Assembly: GCA_036657515.1 (NCBI GenBank)
Contig: JAVXGI010000003.1
Location: 45 to 64,044, forward strand
Source of the DNA: Bacilli bacterium
GTDB taxonomy: Bacteria > Bacillota_I > Bacilli_A > RFN20 > CAG-826
Reading direction: 5' to 3'
Length of the DNA: 64,000 nt
Both the position numbers and the translations under genes were made by a program. The notes below the pieces were generated by a model. It saw only the letters and a program-made list of their open reading frames with translations. It had not been told where the DNA came from and did no database searches. Shown in pieces: positions 18,912-28,571 of the stretch. The first letter of the stretch is position 1, and each line of letters opens with the position of its first letter.

Positions 18912-19634
18912 ATGAAAAAGTGTTTTAGTCTAGCATTTATTCCAATGTTATTGCTCACTTCATGCAATAACGTAAGCGATTTATCAAAAGAGAGATTTGA
19001 TTTTATCTATAATCATATTATGGAAAATAAAATGAATGTTTTTACTGTTAAAACAGATGATTCAACATGGTCTTTTGATAATCAAAAAGCTAAAAAAGAA
19101 TTAGATGACGGTAGTTCTATTTACTATTATGTAAGCGATAATAAAGTATTAATGAAAATATTTGATGCTGATGGGAAGCCTCTACAAGATATTACAACAC
19201 CGGATGATTATCGTTTCTTTGCTTCATTTAAATTAAATATGTTTGCATCAATATTTCCTATTAATATACCTAGTGTAATTGAAAAAGAAATGACAACATA
19301 TGATGCTTCTAATGAGTACTTTATGAATGTAATTAAGAACTTTAATATTAATTCTGCATATGAGGTTTCTAGTGCAGGATCTGAAAGAACATTATCGTTT
19401 TGTGCAAAATTCAGTAAACCAGAAAATGAAGCACATGAAATAGTTACTACAGAAAGTTTTATATCTTATTATTACGAATATCAAGATTATGGTAAAGACG
19501 AAGTTAATATTAAGATTAAAAGAACAGATATTGAAAAAACATATGTAAAAGAAAAATTAAAAGTTATGAATACTCGTGATTATGATTTTAAATTTTCTAA
19601 CTACTGTTATGATGAAATTATTGTTCCTAATTAA
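18912..19634 (+). CDS. putative lipoprotein
   Basis: 240 aa with signal peptide and LLTSCNN lipobox. Confidence 0.5.
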   Translation: MKKCFSLAFIPMLLLTSCNNVSDLSKERFDFIYNHIMENKMNVFTVKTDDSTWSFDNQKAKKELDDGSSIYYYVSDNKVLMKIFDADGKPLQDITTPDDYRFFASFKLNMFASIFPINIPSVIEKEMTTYDASNEYFMNVIKNFNINSAYEVSSAGSERTLSFCAKFSKPENEAHEIVTTESFISYYYEYQDYGKDEVNIKIKRTDIEKTYVKEKLKVMNTRDYDFKFSNYCYDEIIVPN

Positions 19635-19836
19635 TAAGATTTGTTAAAGTAATAAGCGGTTATCTAATATTAATCGATAACAATTTTAAAAGGTATTAAA
19701 AGTTGTTTTTTAGTTTATTTGTTGTAAAATTAAAAGATATATAAGTAGCAATTAAATAGTCTGTTGCTTACTTATTTATCTTTTTTTATTTGTTAAGAGT
19801 AAAATTTTATCTAGTAAAGGCATAAAGGAATTAATC

Positions 19837-20697
19837 ATGAAAATAAAATATTTATCCACTGTTTGTTTATTAAGTACTTTGCTATTTTCTTGTGGAAACG
19901 GAAGTGATCTTATTGATTCAAATTTAACTGCTACATTAAACAGTGAATTTAAATATAAAAGAAATTTTGAAACAAACTGGTGGAATGAAAAAGATGGTAA
20001 GAATTATTATTTTGAAAAATCTAAAGATCAAGTTATCTTAGAATTTAAAACATACGACAAAGAATTACTTGGAGTGTATTTTAAAACATCTTATGTAGAA
20101 AAAATGCTTTCAAAATTAAACGAGAGCAGTTCAGGTGACAGACTAGTTTTTTACGAAAAATTAACTGAAAGTGCCTCAAATTCTTTAGATATATTAGAAA
20201 AGAAAAATACTATCAAGTATGTAAATGCAAAAACAATAGAGTCGCTCCCGTTTCAAACAGGAGAATACACTTTAGGTAAAATATGCACGACAAGAGATGT
20301 AATAGTAACTAAAAATGATAAAACAATAACTAAAAAAATAATAGGCAACTCAACTTATGCTGCAACTACAAATGGTATTGTTCATAAAGATTTAAATACA
20401 TATGAAAAAAATGCTATTGGTAAATTTTCATATGTTGATGCTCCTGGCGAAGACTCACACTTAAAATTAGAGAATTCCTTTTTAACTTGTGGAGAAAATG
20501 GGTTCTATTATGATTTTAATTCTCACGCATTACCTATAATTAATTACAAAGGAAAAGACTGCATTAAAATAGTTGATATACTTTATAGCAACTATTCTAA
20601 TTATGAAGAAATTAAAACAATAATTAACAAAAGTAAAATCGGAACAGAGGTTGAATCTGATATAACTTTTTCCTATTTGGATGTCACAAAATTCTAG
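19837..20697 (+). CDS. putative lipoprotein
   Basis: 286 aa with signal peptide and LFSCGNG lipobox. Confidence 0.5.
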   Translation: MKIKYLSTVCLLSTLLFSCGNGSDLIDSNLTATLNSEFKYKRNFETNWWNEKDGKNYYFEKSKDQVILEFKTYDKELLGVYFKTSYVEKMLSKLNESSSGDRLVFYEKLTESASNSLDILEKKNTIKYVNAKTIESLPFQTGEYTLGKICTTRDVIVTKNDKTITKKIIGNSTYAATTNGIVHKDLNTYEKNAIGKFSYVDAPGEDSHLKLENSFLTCGENGFYYDFNSHALPIINYKGKDCIKIVDILYSNYSNYEEIKTIINKSKIGTEVESDITFSYLDVTKF

Positions 20698-20810
20698 TTT
20701 TATATTGGTTGAAATTATATTGGAGCGGTTTTTCGTCTATTGACATGCATTTATATAGTAATATTTGAATATAATATATAAATATGTTAGAATAACGCAC
20801 GGGGAAAGTT

Positions 20811-21188
20811 ATGACCTTTGAAGAATTATACGATATTGCTAAAAGCATATTAAACACTAGAGAATTATCTAAAAATACAATAGTAGGACAAGTTGGCTGT
20901 GCATTGGAAACAATAGACGGCCATATTTTTACTGGAGTAAACATTGACACAGCATGTTCAATGGGATTTTGCGCTGAAGCTAACGCTATTGGATCTATGA
21001 TTACTGCAGGAGAAACAAGAATTGTTCGTCTTGTTGCAGTAAGTGAAAAACATGATATTGTTCCACCATGTGGAAGATGCAGAGAATTTATGGTTCAAAT
21101 AGACCATGATAATATAAATGCTTTAATAAAATTAAGTGATAGAGTATATACTCTTGACGAATTATTACCACATAGATGGGGAGAATAA
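20811..21188 (+). CDS. cdd: cytidine deaminase
   Basis: 125 aa with zinc-binding CAE (CAEANAIG) and PCGRCRE motifs. Confidence 0.85.
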   Translation: MTFEELYDIAKSILNTRELSKNTIVGQVGCALETIDGHIFTGVNIDTACSMGFCAEANAIGSMITAGETRIVRLVAVSEKHDIVPPCGRCREFMVQIDHDNINALIKLSDRVYTLDELLPHRWGE

Positions 21189-21189
21189 A

Positions 21190-21570
21190 ATGCTACATAC
21201 ATTTGGAAGAATGATTATTTTTATCGCTGGAATCATTCTCGGAATTATACTTACAGTTGAATCAATGTTTCTAGGATCTTTTTATATTAGGGAGACATTT
21301 AATTTGTTTCCGTGCGTAGTTAATTGTCTTGCTATTATATTTATGTTTTTTGCTGGAGCAATCGCCTTATATACAGTTTTTAAAAATAACTCAGGTAGAT
21401 ATCTAATAATATATGGTTGTATAATAATCGCTTTTAGTGGTTTTAATTTTTACTTTTATGGTGCTAATATGCCAGGAGATTCTACTTGGTTATTATTTGC
21501 TATTCTTGATCTTACAACTGGAATATTTTACTTATTTGGTTCAATTTTAGCTAGAAAGAGGGTTAAATAA
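21190..21570 (+). CDS. small multi-TM membrane protein
   Basis: Start moved to ATG 21190 (RBS GGGGAG) rather than the overlapping upstream start in the ORF track. Four predicted TM helices. Confidence 0.45.
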   Translation: MLHTFGRMIIFIAGIILGIILTVESMFLGSFYIRETFNLFPCVVNCLAIIFMFFAGAIALYTVFKNNSGRYLIIYGCIIIAFSGFNFYFYGANMPGDSTWLLFAILDLTTGIFYLFGSILARKRVK

Positions 21571-21572
21571 AT

Positions 21573-22454
21573 ATGAACGAAACAAATTTTAGAGGTTTAT
21601 TAACTACAGATTTATCAGCAGCAGACGTTACTATTACTGGCATTCCATTTGATAAAAATGCATCAATTGGAAAAGGCGCTTCTCTTGCACCTGATCATAT
21701 AAGAGAATTAAGTGTAATGATTCCACCACTTTCAATGGAAGGCTACATTATCAATAAGATAAAACTTTTTGATAACGGAAATATTTTAGATGAAGATTTT
21801 TCAAAAATTAAAGAAAAGGCAAATAATCTATACAACAATAAAAAGTTTAATATCGTTCTAGGCGGAGATCATTCAATTTCTATTCCTCTTGAACAAGCTT
21901 TTTATGATTATGCTTTATCAATTGGAAAAGAACCTGTAATTATTCATATTGATGCTCATCCTGATATTTGTGATGTTTATGAAGACAATAAATTTTCTCA
22001 TGCCTGTCCAAATAAAAGATCACTTGATTATGGATATAAAGATGAAAACGTTACTCTTATTGGCATAAGAGGAGTTGAAGAACAAGAAGCTTTATTATTT
22101 CAAAATCATCCTGAAATTGATGTTTTTAAAACAACAGATGTTAAAACGCTTGGTCCTGATAGACTTGTTCAATATTTAAAAGGCAAATACAGCAATCCAA
22201 AATATATTGTCTATTTATCGTATGATATCGATGCAAATGATCCTTCATTTGCACCTGGAACAGGGACTCCTGAACCATTTGGTTTAACTAATTTTGAAGT
22301 CTTAGATATCATTCTTGGTCTATTTAAAAACTTAAATATAGGAACATTTGATATTGTTGAAGTCTCTCCTAAATTAGATACAAATGATATCACTTCATAT
22401 CTTGCAATTAAGACTCTTTATGAAGTTCTATATCTCTTACAATTAAAAAAATGA
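21573..22454 (+). CDS. ureohydrolase (arginase/agmatinase/formimidoylglutamase family)
   Basis: Mn-binding motifs GGDHSIS, DAHPD and SYDIDANDP. Confidence 0.7.
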   Translation: MNETNFRGLLTTDLSAADVTITGIPFDKNASIGKGASLAPDHIRELSVMIPPLSMEGYIINKIKLFDNGNILDEDFSKIKEKANNLYNNKKFNIVLGGDHSISIPLEQAFYDYALSIGKEPVIIHIDAHPDICDVYEDNKFSHACPNKRSLDYGYKDENVTLIGIRGVEEQEALLFQNHPEIDVFKTTDVKTLGPDRLVQYLKGKYSNPKYIVYLSYDIDANDPSFAPGTGTPEPFGLTNFEVLDIILGLFKNLNIGTFDIVEVSPKLDTNDITSYLAIKTLYEVLYLLQLKK

Positions 22455-23134
22455 ACAATTACACTGCAGAACCTAACTATTTTTTGTGGAAAGGTCTTTT
22501 AAGTGAAATTAATAATAAATCATATTTTAAAGAACTTTTAAGTTTTCTTGAAAAGGAATATGCGGAAAAAACCATTTTTCCACCTTCTAAAGATCTCTTT
22601 AAAAGCTTTTTATTGTGCAAAGAAGAAAACTTAAAAGTTGTTATCATTGGTCAAGATCCGTATCACGAAATAAATCAAGCAAATGGGTTAGCTTTTTCCG
22701 TAAATAAAGGAATAAAATTACCTCCTAGCTTAAAAAATATCTATAAAGAAATTGAAAACGAATATAACGTAAAGACTAAAAATGATGGAGACTTAACTTA
22801 TCTTGCTAAACAAGGAGTTTTACTTTTAAATAAATATTTAAGTGTAGAAGAAGGAAAACCACTTAGTCATAAAAACAAATTATATGATGAATTTTTTAAA
22901 GATGTTATCAGCTATATTGAAAGTATTAATAAGCCAATTGTTTTTATGTTGTGGGGCGGAGAAGCTAAAAAAGTAAAACCATATATTGCTAATAAATTAC
23001 ATATTATTTTAGAAGCAAACCATCCTTCTCCATTAAGTGCAAATAGGGGTGGATGGTTTGACTCTAAAATATTTTTAAGATGTAACGAATATCTTAAAAA
23101 GTTTAATGTAGAAGAGATTGATTGGACGAAGTAA
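22451..23134 (+). CDS. ung: uracil-DNA glycosylase
   Basis: GQDPYH water-activating loop and HPSPLS motif. 227 aa. Confidence 0.85.
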   Translation: MNNYTAEPNYFLWKGLLSEINNKSYFKELLSFLEKEYAEKTIFPPSKDLFKSFLLCKEENLKVVIIGQDPYHEINQANGLAFSVNKGIKLPPSLKNIYKEIENEYNVKTKNDGDLTYLAKQGVLLLNKYLSVEEGKPLSHKNKLYDEFFKDVISYIESINKPIVFMLWGGEAKKVKPYIANKLHIILEANHPSPLSANRGGWFDSKIFLRCNEYLKKFNVEEIDWTK

Positions 23135-23147
23135 TAAGTGTAAGATA

Positions 23148-23230
23148 TATCCGGGTGCTGAAGTATATTCGGCTGAGATGATTGTAGTCAATCAAACCGT
23201 ACTTGATCTAGGTAATACTAGCGGAAGGAG
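23148..23230 (+). ncRNA. TPP (THI-box) riboswitch
   Basis: GGTGC ... CTGAGA ... ACC-N-TGATCTAGGTAATACTAGCGGAAGG matches the THI-box core elements. Lies directly upstream of a ThiT-like transporter. Confidence 0.8.
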
Positions 23231-23234
23231 AAAT

Positions 23235-24317
23235 ATGGAACAAAAAGTTATCAAGGAAAAAACTTTTACAGAGAAAATGGTTGCTGTAATAAGTGAAAAC
23301 AGGACCATTATTCTAGACGTAGTCGCATTAGTAGCAGGAGTTATAGGAATAATTCTATCTCTATTTGCTTTTGCTAAGATTAAAGATTTTGAAGGGACAA
23401 AGATTATAGTTACAGGAATAGAGGTATTCTTTGGAACTAGCAGTTTATTAGGATTTAATGTGATTGCATTTTTTATCTTCTTACTTCCTTTATTAGGATT
23501 AGTAAGTATTCCAATGTCACATTTCTTTAAACCAATTAAAGGCATGTCGGCTTTATTCTTACTTGCATCAGCTATTTTAATTATTATTTTACCATCAGTT
23601 TTAATTCAAGGAATTGACGGACCACGATTTGAGTATGTTAAGCTACAAGATTTTGCAGCAATTGCAAGCGCTCTTTATTTCTTATCAGGTATTGCATTGT
23701 TTATCTCTGATTATCAAAATGATAAATTCTCAATTTCTGACATTGCAGAAACTGCAATGTTAATTGCAATTGCCGTCGTATTAAATTATATAAAAGTTCC
23801 ACTTGGAGCAACGGGCGGATCAATTAACTTACAAATAGTACCACTTGTTATAATTGCATTACGTTATTCACCATCTAAAACATTTTTTGCATCAGGATTA
23901 TGTTATGGATTAATATCATGTATTCTTGATGGATATGGATTACATACCTTTCCATTTGAATATTTAATTGCATTTGGTTCAGTTGTTATTATTTCGTTTG
24001 TTAGAAAATACGTTATATCTAAAGGAAAACCAACTATTATTGGAGGAGCATTAATCCTATTCTTAGTAATGGTTGCTACTGGTATTAGATTCTTTGGCGC
24101 TTCATTTGATAGTGTAATATTCTATAACTATACTTGGACTGCTGCTTTTGCATATAACGCAATTTATATTTGGCCAACTGGAGCATTAACTGCAGTTGTT
24201 GCTGTTTTATTTTATATAAAACCTTTATTCTTTTTAAATAGATTATTCCCAACTACCGATATGAAGCGTGATTTAACTGAAAAAGTTGTTGTTGAAGAAA
24301 TCGCAGAAACAAAATAA
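23235..24317 (+). CDS. thiamine ECF-transporter substrate-binding (S) component ThiT-like, with N-terminal extra membrane domain
   Basis: C-terminal half matches the ThiT family pattern (AETAMLIAIAVVLNYI..LGATGGSINLQIVPLVIIALRYS). The N-terminal ~170 aa are additional TM helices. Start at ATG 23235 with RBS GGAAGGAG; the ORF track's upstream TTG start would run through the riboswitch. Confidence 0.65.
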   Translation: MEQKVIKEKTFTEKMVAVISENRTIILDVVALVAGVIGIILSLFAFAKIKDFEGTKIIVTGIEVFFGTSSLLGFNVIAFFIFLLPLLGLVSIPMSHFFKPIKGMSALFLLASAILIIILPSVLIQGIDGPRFEYVKLQDFAAIASALYFLSGIALFISDYQNDKFSISDIAETAMLIAIAVVLNYIKVPLGATGGSINLQIVPLVIIALRYSPSKTFFASGLCYGLISCILDGYGLHTFPFEYLIAFGSVVIISFVRKYVISKGKPTIIGGALILFLVMVATGIRFFGASFDSVIFYNYTWTAAFAYNAIYIWPTGALTAVVAVLFYIKPLFFLNRLFPTTDMKRDLTEKVVVEEIAETK

Positions 24318-24336
24318 TATTTAGTAATTTATACGA

Positions 24337-24390
24337 TAAGCACATTGGAAAAGATGAATCTTTAGCCAATGTGCTTTTTATTTTACATAT
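24337..24390 (+). terminator. rho-independent terminator
   Basis: Hairpin AAGCACATTGG ... CCAATGTGCTT followed by TTTTTTATTTT. Confidence 0.6.
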
Positions 24391-24495
24391 AAACAGTATC
24401 GATTTAGTAAGGTGATACAAATAACAATAAATATTATTTTTAAAATGCTTATTAAAATGTGGTAAAATAAACATGCATTAAGTGGAGGAAAAATT

Positions 24496-25632
24496 ATGTT
24501 AAAAAGAAAAGAAGACATTGTCGAAAATAATGATTTAGAAAATGCAAAAACGGAATTTGAAAAAAATATTTTAGATGATGAAGTTAAAGTTGAAGAGCCA
24601 GTTATTACTGCTGAAAATAGTGATGCTAATGATATAAAAAATATGCAAAGAGTAGATGAAGAAGGATTTGCAGTTAATAGTGAAGAAACTACTGTTGATG
24701 AGAATGCTGCAGAATACGTTAAAGTAGTTGATGATGCACGTTTACATTATCTTGGTCTTGCTAAGAAAATGAAATATATTAACTATGGTATTCTTGCACT
24801 CATTTTGGTTTCGATTGTTTTAGTATTTATATTTCTTATTGGAAAAGGTACAAAAGAAAACAATCTCAACATTATAGGAACAGTAGTGGTTGTTTTATTA
24901 CTTGCTGCTGTATTAGGTTATAACTTCTTTAGTAAAAGATTTTTAAATAAGAAAGCTATTGATTATGTACAAGTTTATTATAAACATATTATTAATACTA
25001 TCTTCTCGGATGAATCATTTAGTGATCTTGAAAACGATCCTAAAGGAAAGATTGATCCTGAATTATTTAAATCTTCAAGAGTATTTAATGGTATTAAAGC
25101 TGTTGGAAGTAGAAATGTAACTCATGTTAAACATAATGGTGTTCCTTTTATGTTGTTTGATGCTTCAGCTGAAGTTCAAGGACCTAAAAGATTAGAGCCA
25201 GTATTTTTAGGAAAAGTATTACATTTTGAAAATGCTTTAGATTTTCCTGGAAGAATATTAATAAGTGTTAAAGGAACAAGTAAATATTATATTAGACCAA
25301 ATGATATTGAAGGTCTTACTGTTCTTGCTGAAACTGATGGATATGTAATTTACTCAAACTATGAGAAAGCAAATAAACTTATTACAAAAAGTGTATTAAA
25401 TGAAATTTCAAAATATAAAGTTAATGAGAATCTCATTGATATCTTTATTAGTGTTAGTAAAGGAAATACATTTGTTGGTATTGATTTAAGTGATAAAGAA
25501 ATGAATATTCCTGTTGATACTGCATTTAATGCTGCAGCTTTTGAAAATACAAAACAATATATTCTTCAAGGAATAAGTATTATAGAAAAGATTGAAAAAA
25601 ACGGAACTAAAAAAGAAGAGAATAAAGAATAA
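24496..25632 (+). CDS. membrane-anchored protein (acidic N-terminus, 2 TM, C-terminal globular domain)
   Basis: 378 aa. Two hydrophobic helices around residues 95-145. Stop overlaps the start of the next gene (TAATG). Confidence 0.45.
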   Translation: MLKRKEDIVENNDLENAKTEFEKNILDDEVKVEEPVITAENSDANDIKNMQRVDEEGFAVNSEETTVDENAAEYVKVVDDARLHYLGLAKKMKYINYGILALILVSIVLVFIFLIGKGTKENNLNIIGTVVVVLLLAAVLGYNFFSKRFLNKKAIDYVQVYYKHIINTIFSDESFSDLENDPKGKIDPELFKSSRVFNGIKAVGSRNVTHVKHNGVPFMLFDASAEVQGPKRLEPVFLGKVLHFENALDFPGRILISVKGTSKYYIRPNDIEGLTVLAETDGYVIYSNYEKANKLITKSVLNEISKYKVNENLIDIFISVSKGNTFVGIDLSDKEMNIPVDTAFNAAAFENTKQYILQGISIIEKIEKNGTKKEENKE

Positions 25633-26159
25633 TGATTATTAATCCCATTGCTGTCACGATAAAATGTTTTAAGAACGATGGAAGTATTCATCGTACTTGG
25701 CGTAGTTCATTTCTTATTGATAGCAATGAGGATTATTTTATTGTTGCTTCTCAACGTGCAATTGTTACAGAAAATAACAATAGAAAATGGGTAAGTAAAG
25801 AACCAGCAATAACATTCTTTAGTAAAAAAAGATGGTTTAACGTTATTGCGATGTTAAAAAGTCCAAATATTGGGTATTATGTAAATCTTGCTTCTCCTAG
25901 TATTCTTGATGGAGATGCAATTAAATATGTTGATTATGATGTTGATTTAAAACTTAATTTCGATAACGAAATTAAGGTATTAGATCTTAATGAATACGCA
26001 AATCATAAAAAGAAAATGCACTATGATCCAAAGCTTGATCTTATTATTAAAGAAACATCTGCATATATTAAAGAATTGATGGTTAAAAGAAAATTTCCAT
26101 TTGATGATAGAGCGATTATTAATTACTATTATGATTTTTTAGAGAAGAGTTCTAATTAG
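25632..26159 (+). CDS. DUF402-like protein (possible nucleoside di/triphosphatase fold)
   Basis: 175 aa, translationally coupled to the upstream gene. The DUF402 assignment rests on general pattern only. Confidence 0.35.
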   Translation: MIINPIAVTIKCFKNDGSIHRTWRSSFLIDSNEDYFIVASQRAIVTENNNRKWVSKEPAITFFSKKRWFNVIAMLKSPNIGYYVNLASPSILDGDAIKYVDYDVDLKLNFDNEIKVLDLNEYANHKKKMHYDPKLDLIIKETSAYIKELMVKRKFPFDDRAIINYYYDFLEKSSN

Positions 26160-27038
26160 TTTAACTAGTTCATCTACTTCAACGAATCCAGGTTGGATTC
26201 GTTTTATTTTGTCTTGATAATTAGCATTGTCTCCAACAGCAAAAATGCAATCTATTGAGGTTCTGCAGTGATTTTCAACATCAAAAGTTGTTTTATTGTC
26301 GCAAAACATGAATTTATTTATGAAAGCAATGTTACCATAACTTACTAATAAATAGTCACATTCTAATATATGTATATCATCATTATTAATCGTATTTACT
26401 ATTTTAATACCTTTACAAATATCATCTTCAACTATAAGTTCTTTAACAATAAAAGATAAGTAAGTACAAAGATTTTTGCAATCTTTAATAGTGTTTTTAT
26501 TTCCTCTAAATTCATTTCTACGATGAACAAGAGACAAACTAGAAGCAATATTATTTAAGTGTTTTGCCCAGTCAAGAGCAGTATCGCCACCACCTAAAAT
26601 AACAACTTTTTTATCCTTAAAAAGATTAAAATCTTTAACAGTGTACACGATATTAGAGCACTTTTCTTCATTAGCAACGCCAATTTTACAAGGTTTAGAA
26701 AAGCCGATTCCTTCTGCTAAAACGACGAAATCAAAAATAAAATCATCGTTTAAATTGAGTTTAAATTTACCATTAATTTGGTCAATGCTAGTTATTTCGG
26801 TGTTTAAAAATACATCGTTTTGATTTATATTTTTGATTAACGAGTTAATGACTTCACGAGCCGTGCAAGAAGGAACGTCAATTAGGTCATTAACTTGTTT
26901 TAAAGGATAAAGTGAAGTTAGTTGGCCACCAAGTATTTTATTTGCTTCAAAAAGGTTAACTTTTAGATTAAGTTTTGATAATTCGATATAAGTTTTAAGG
27001 CCGATTGGACCGCCTCCGATGATAGCTACTTTTTTCAT
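26139..27038 (-). CDS. thioredoxin-reductase-like ferredoxin--NADP+ reductase (YumC type)
   Basis: FAD motif VAIIGGGPIGL, GGQL, and second dinucleotide motif VVILGGGDTALDWA. 299 aa. Confidence 0.7.
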   Translation of the reverse strand: MKKVAIIGGGPIGLKTYIELSKLNLKVNLFEANKILGGQLTSLYPLKQVNDLIDVPSCTAREVINSLIKNINQNDVFLNTEITSIDQINGKFKLNLNDDFIFDFVVLAEGIGFSKPCKIGVANEEKCSNIVYTVKDFNLFKDKKVVILGGGDTALDWAKHLNNIASSLSLVHRRNEFRGNKNTIKDCKNLCTYLSFIVKELIVEDDICKGIKIVNTINNDDIHILECDYLLVSYGNIAFINKFMFCDNKTTFDVENHCRTSIDCIFAVGDNANYQDKIKRIQPGFVEVDELVKLIRTLL

Positions 27039-27089
27039 ATTTTTTTGATATTGTTCCTAACAATTATGTTATACTATTAACGGCAAATT

Positions 27090-27557
27090 ATGTACAAAAT
27101 TTTATTAAAAACTAATGCTAAAAATGAAACTATTCAATTAGGCATTACTATTTCCGCCTTCCTTAGAAAAGGAAGTGTAATACTATTATCTGGTGATCTT
27201 GGTGCAGGAAAGACAACATTAACACAAGGAATTGCGCAAGGATTACAAATTAAGGATAATGTAATAAGTCCAACATTTAATATTCTTAAATGTTATTTTG
27301 GTAAGAAACTTAATCTATATCATATTGATGCATATAGATTAGAAAATGCGATGAGTGATATTGGACTTGAAGAGTTTATTGATGGAGATGGAGCATGTGT
27401 TGTTGAATGGCCTCAATATATTAATAAATTACTTCCAAGTAATACGCTTAATATTGAGATATTAAATAAAGGTGATAACACTCGTTTATTTACTATTAGT
27501 AGCTCTAACAGCATTTATGAACAGTTATTTATATTATTGGAGAACTTATATGTATAG
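27090..27557 (+). CDS. tsaE: tRNA t6A37 biosynthesis ATPase TsaE
   Basis: P-loop GDLGAGKTT. 155 aa. Operon context with tsaB, rimI and tsaD. Confidence 0.8.
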   Translation: MYKILLKTNAKNETIQLGITISAFLRKGSVILLSGDLGAGKTTLTQGIAQGLQIKDNVISPTFNILKCYFGKKLNLYHIDAYRLENAMSDIGLEEFIDGDGACVVEWPQYINKLLPSNTLNIEILNKGDNTRLFTISSSNSIYEQLFILLENLYV

Positions 27558-28131
27558 TTTATATTTAGATAGTTCTAATGTAGAACTTATTGTAGGATTA
27601 GTAAAAGACGATGTAAAGATCGATGAGATAAGTTACGAAGCTTGGCAACGTCAATCAGAATATATGATTCTTGAAATAGATAAGATATTAAAACGTAATA
27701 ATGTATCTCCAAAAGAAATAGAAGAAGTTGTTACTACAATGGGTCCAGGTAGTTATACTGGTGTTCGTATATCTTTAACTATTGCTAAAATATATGCTTA
27801 TTCTAGGAATATTCCATTATATTTACTTTCTTCTCTTGAAGTAGAAAAGAAAGATAATGAATTATCATTATGTTTAATGAATGCTAGAAGTGGAAGATCT
27901 TACGTAGGAATATATCATCAAGATAAAACAATCTTAGCTGATTGTATTTTAACAAATGATGAAGTTAAAAAATATATTGATGAAGGAAAATACGCTATTT
28001 GTGGAGATACAGGTTATCTAGATATTAAGTCAACAACAGGAGACATTATTAACAACATGATTTCAATCAAACTAAGATCTGCTCCATGTGAAAATGTTCT
28101 TGCTGCAAAGCCTGTTTATTTAAAAGACTAA
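27550..28131 (+). CDS. tsaB: tRNA t6A37 biosynthesis protein TsaB
   Basis: YeaZ-like N-terminal ASKHA fold (LYLDSSN..VGL). Start at ATG 27550 with RBS GGAG. Confidence 0.7.
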   Translation: MYSLYLDSSNVELIVGLVKDDVKIDEISYEAWQRQSEYMILEIDKILKRNNVSPKEIEEVVTTMGPGSYTGVRISLTIAKIYAYSRNIPLYLLSSLEVEKKDNELSLCLMNARSGRSYVGIYHQDKTILADCILTNDEVKKYIDEGKYAICGDTGYLDIKSTTGDIINNMISIKLRSAPCENVLAAKPVYLKD

Positions 28132-28132
28132 T

Positions 28133-28570
28133 ATGATTAATTTTAGAACTGCCACACATGACGATGTAAGTAAAATTAGTAAGCTTGAAAGGGAATCTTT
28201 TTCACATCCGTTTAGAAAACAAGATGTTTTATATGAACTAGAAGAAAATGATTTTTCAATTATTATGGTGGCAACGGATGATGAAAAAGTTGTCGCTTAT
28301 ATTGATTTCTGGATCACGTTTGATAGTGCGACAATTTGTCGAATTGCGGTAAATCCGCTGTATCGCAAACGTGGGATTGGGTTTGGACTTTTAAATTTAA
28401 TGGAAAAAAGAGCTAAAGCTGAAAAATGTTCTAATATTACGCTTGAAGTTCGTGAAGGAAATATTGAAGCAATTGGCTTATATCAAAAGTTTGGATTTAT
28501 AGTTATTACTAAAAAGATACAGTTTTATGATGATGGTGAGAATGCCATCTATATGGTTAAAGGAGTTTAA
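28133..28570 (+). CDS. rimI: ribosomal-protein-alanine N-acetyltransferase (GNAT)
   Basis: GNAT acetyl-CoA motif RKRGIGFGLL. Conserved position between tsaB and tsaD. Confidence 0.75.
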   Translation: MINFRTATHDDVSKISKLERESFSHPFRKQDVLYELEENDFSIIMVATDDEKVVAYIDFWITFDSATICRIAVNPLYRKRGIGFGLLNLMEKRAKAEKCSNITLEVREGNIEAIGLYQKFGFIVITKKIQFYDDGENAIYMVKGV

Positions 28571-28571
28571 T

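Noticed and set aside
21136-21570. ORF-track start at 21136 overlapping the end of cdd
   Set aside because: ATG 21190, preceded by GGGGAG, gives a non-overlapping membrane protein. The upstream extension is unsupported.
20684-23545. ORFs 20684-20950(-), 22211-22393(-) and 23192-23545(-)
   Set aside because: They are antisense to, or overlap, the lipoprotein, cdd, arginase-family and thiT-like genes and are low-complexity; they read as spurious.
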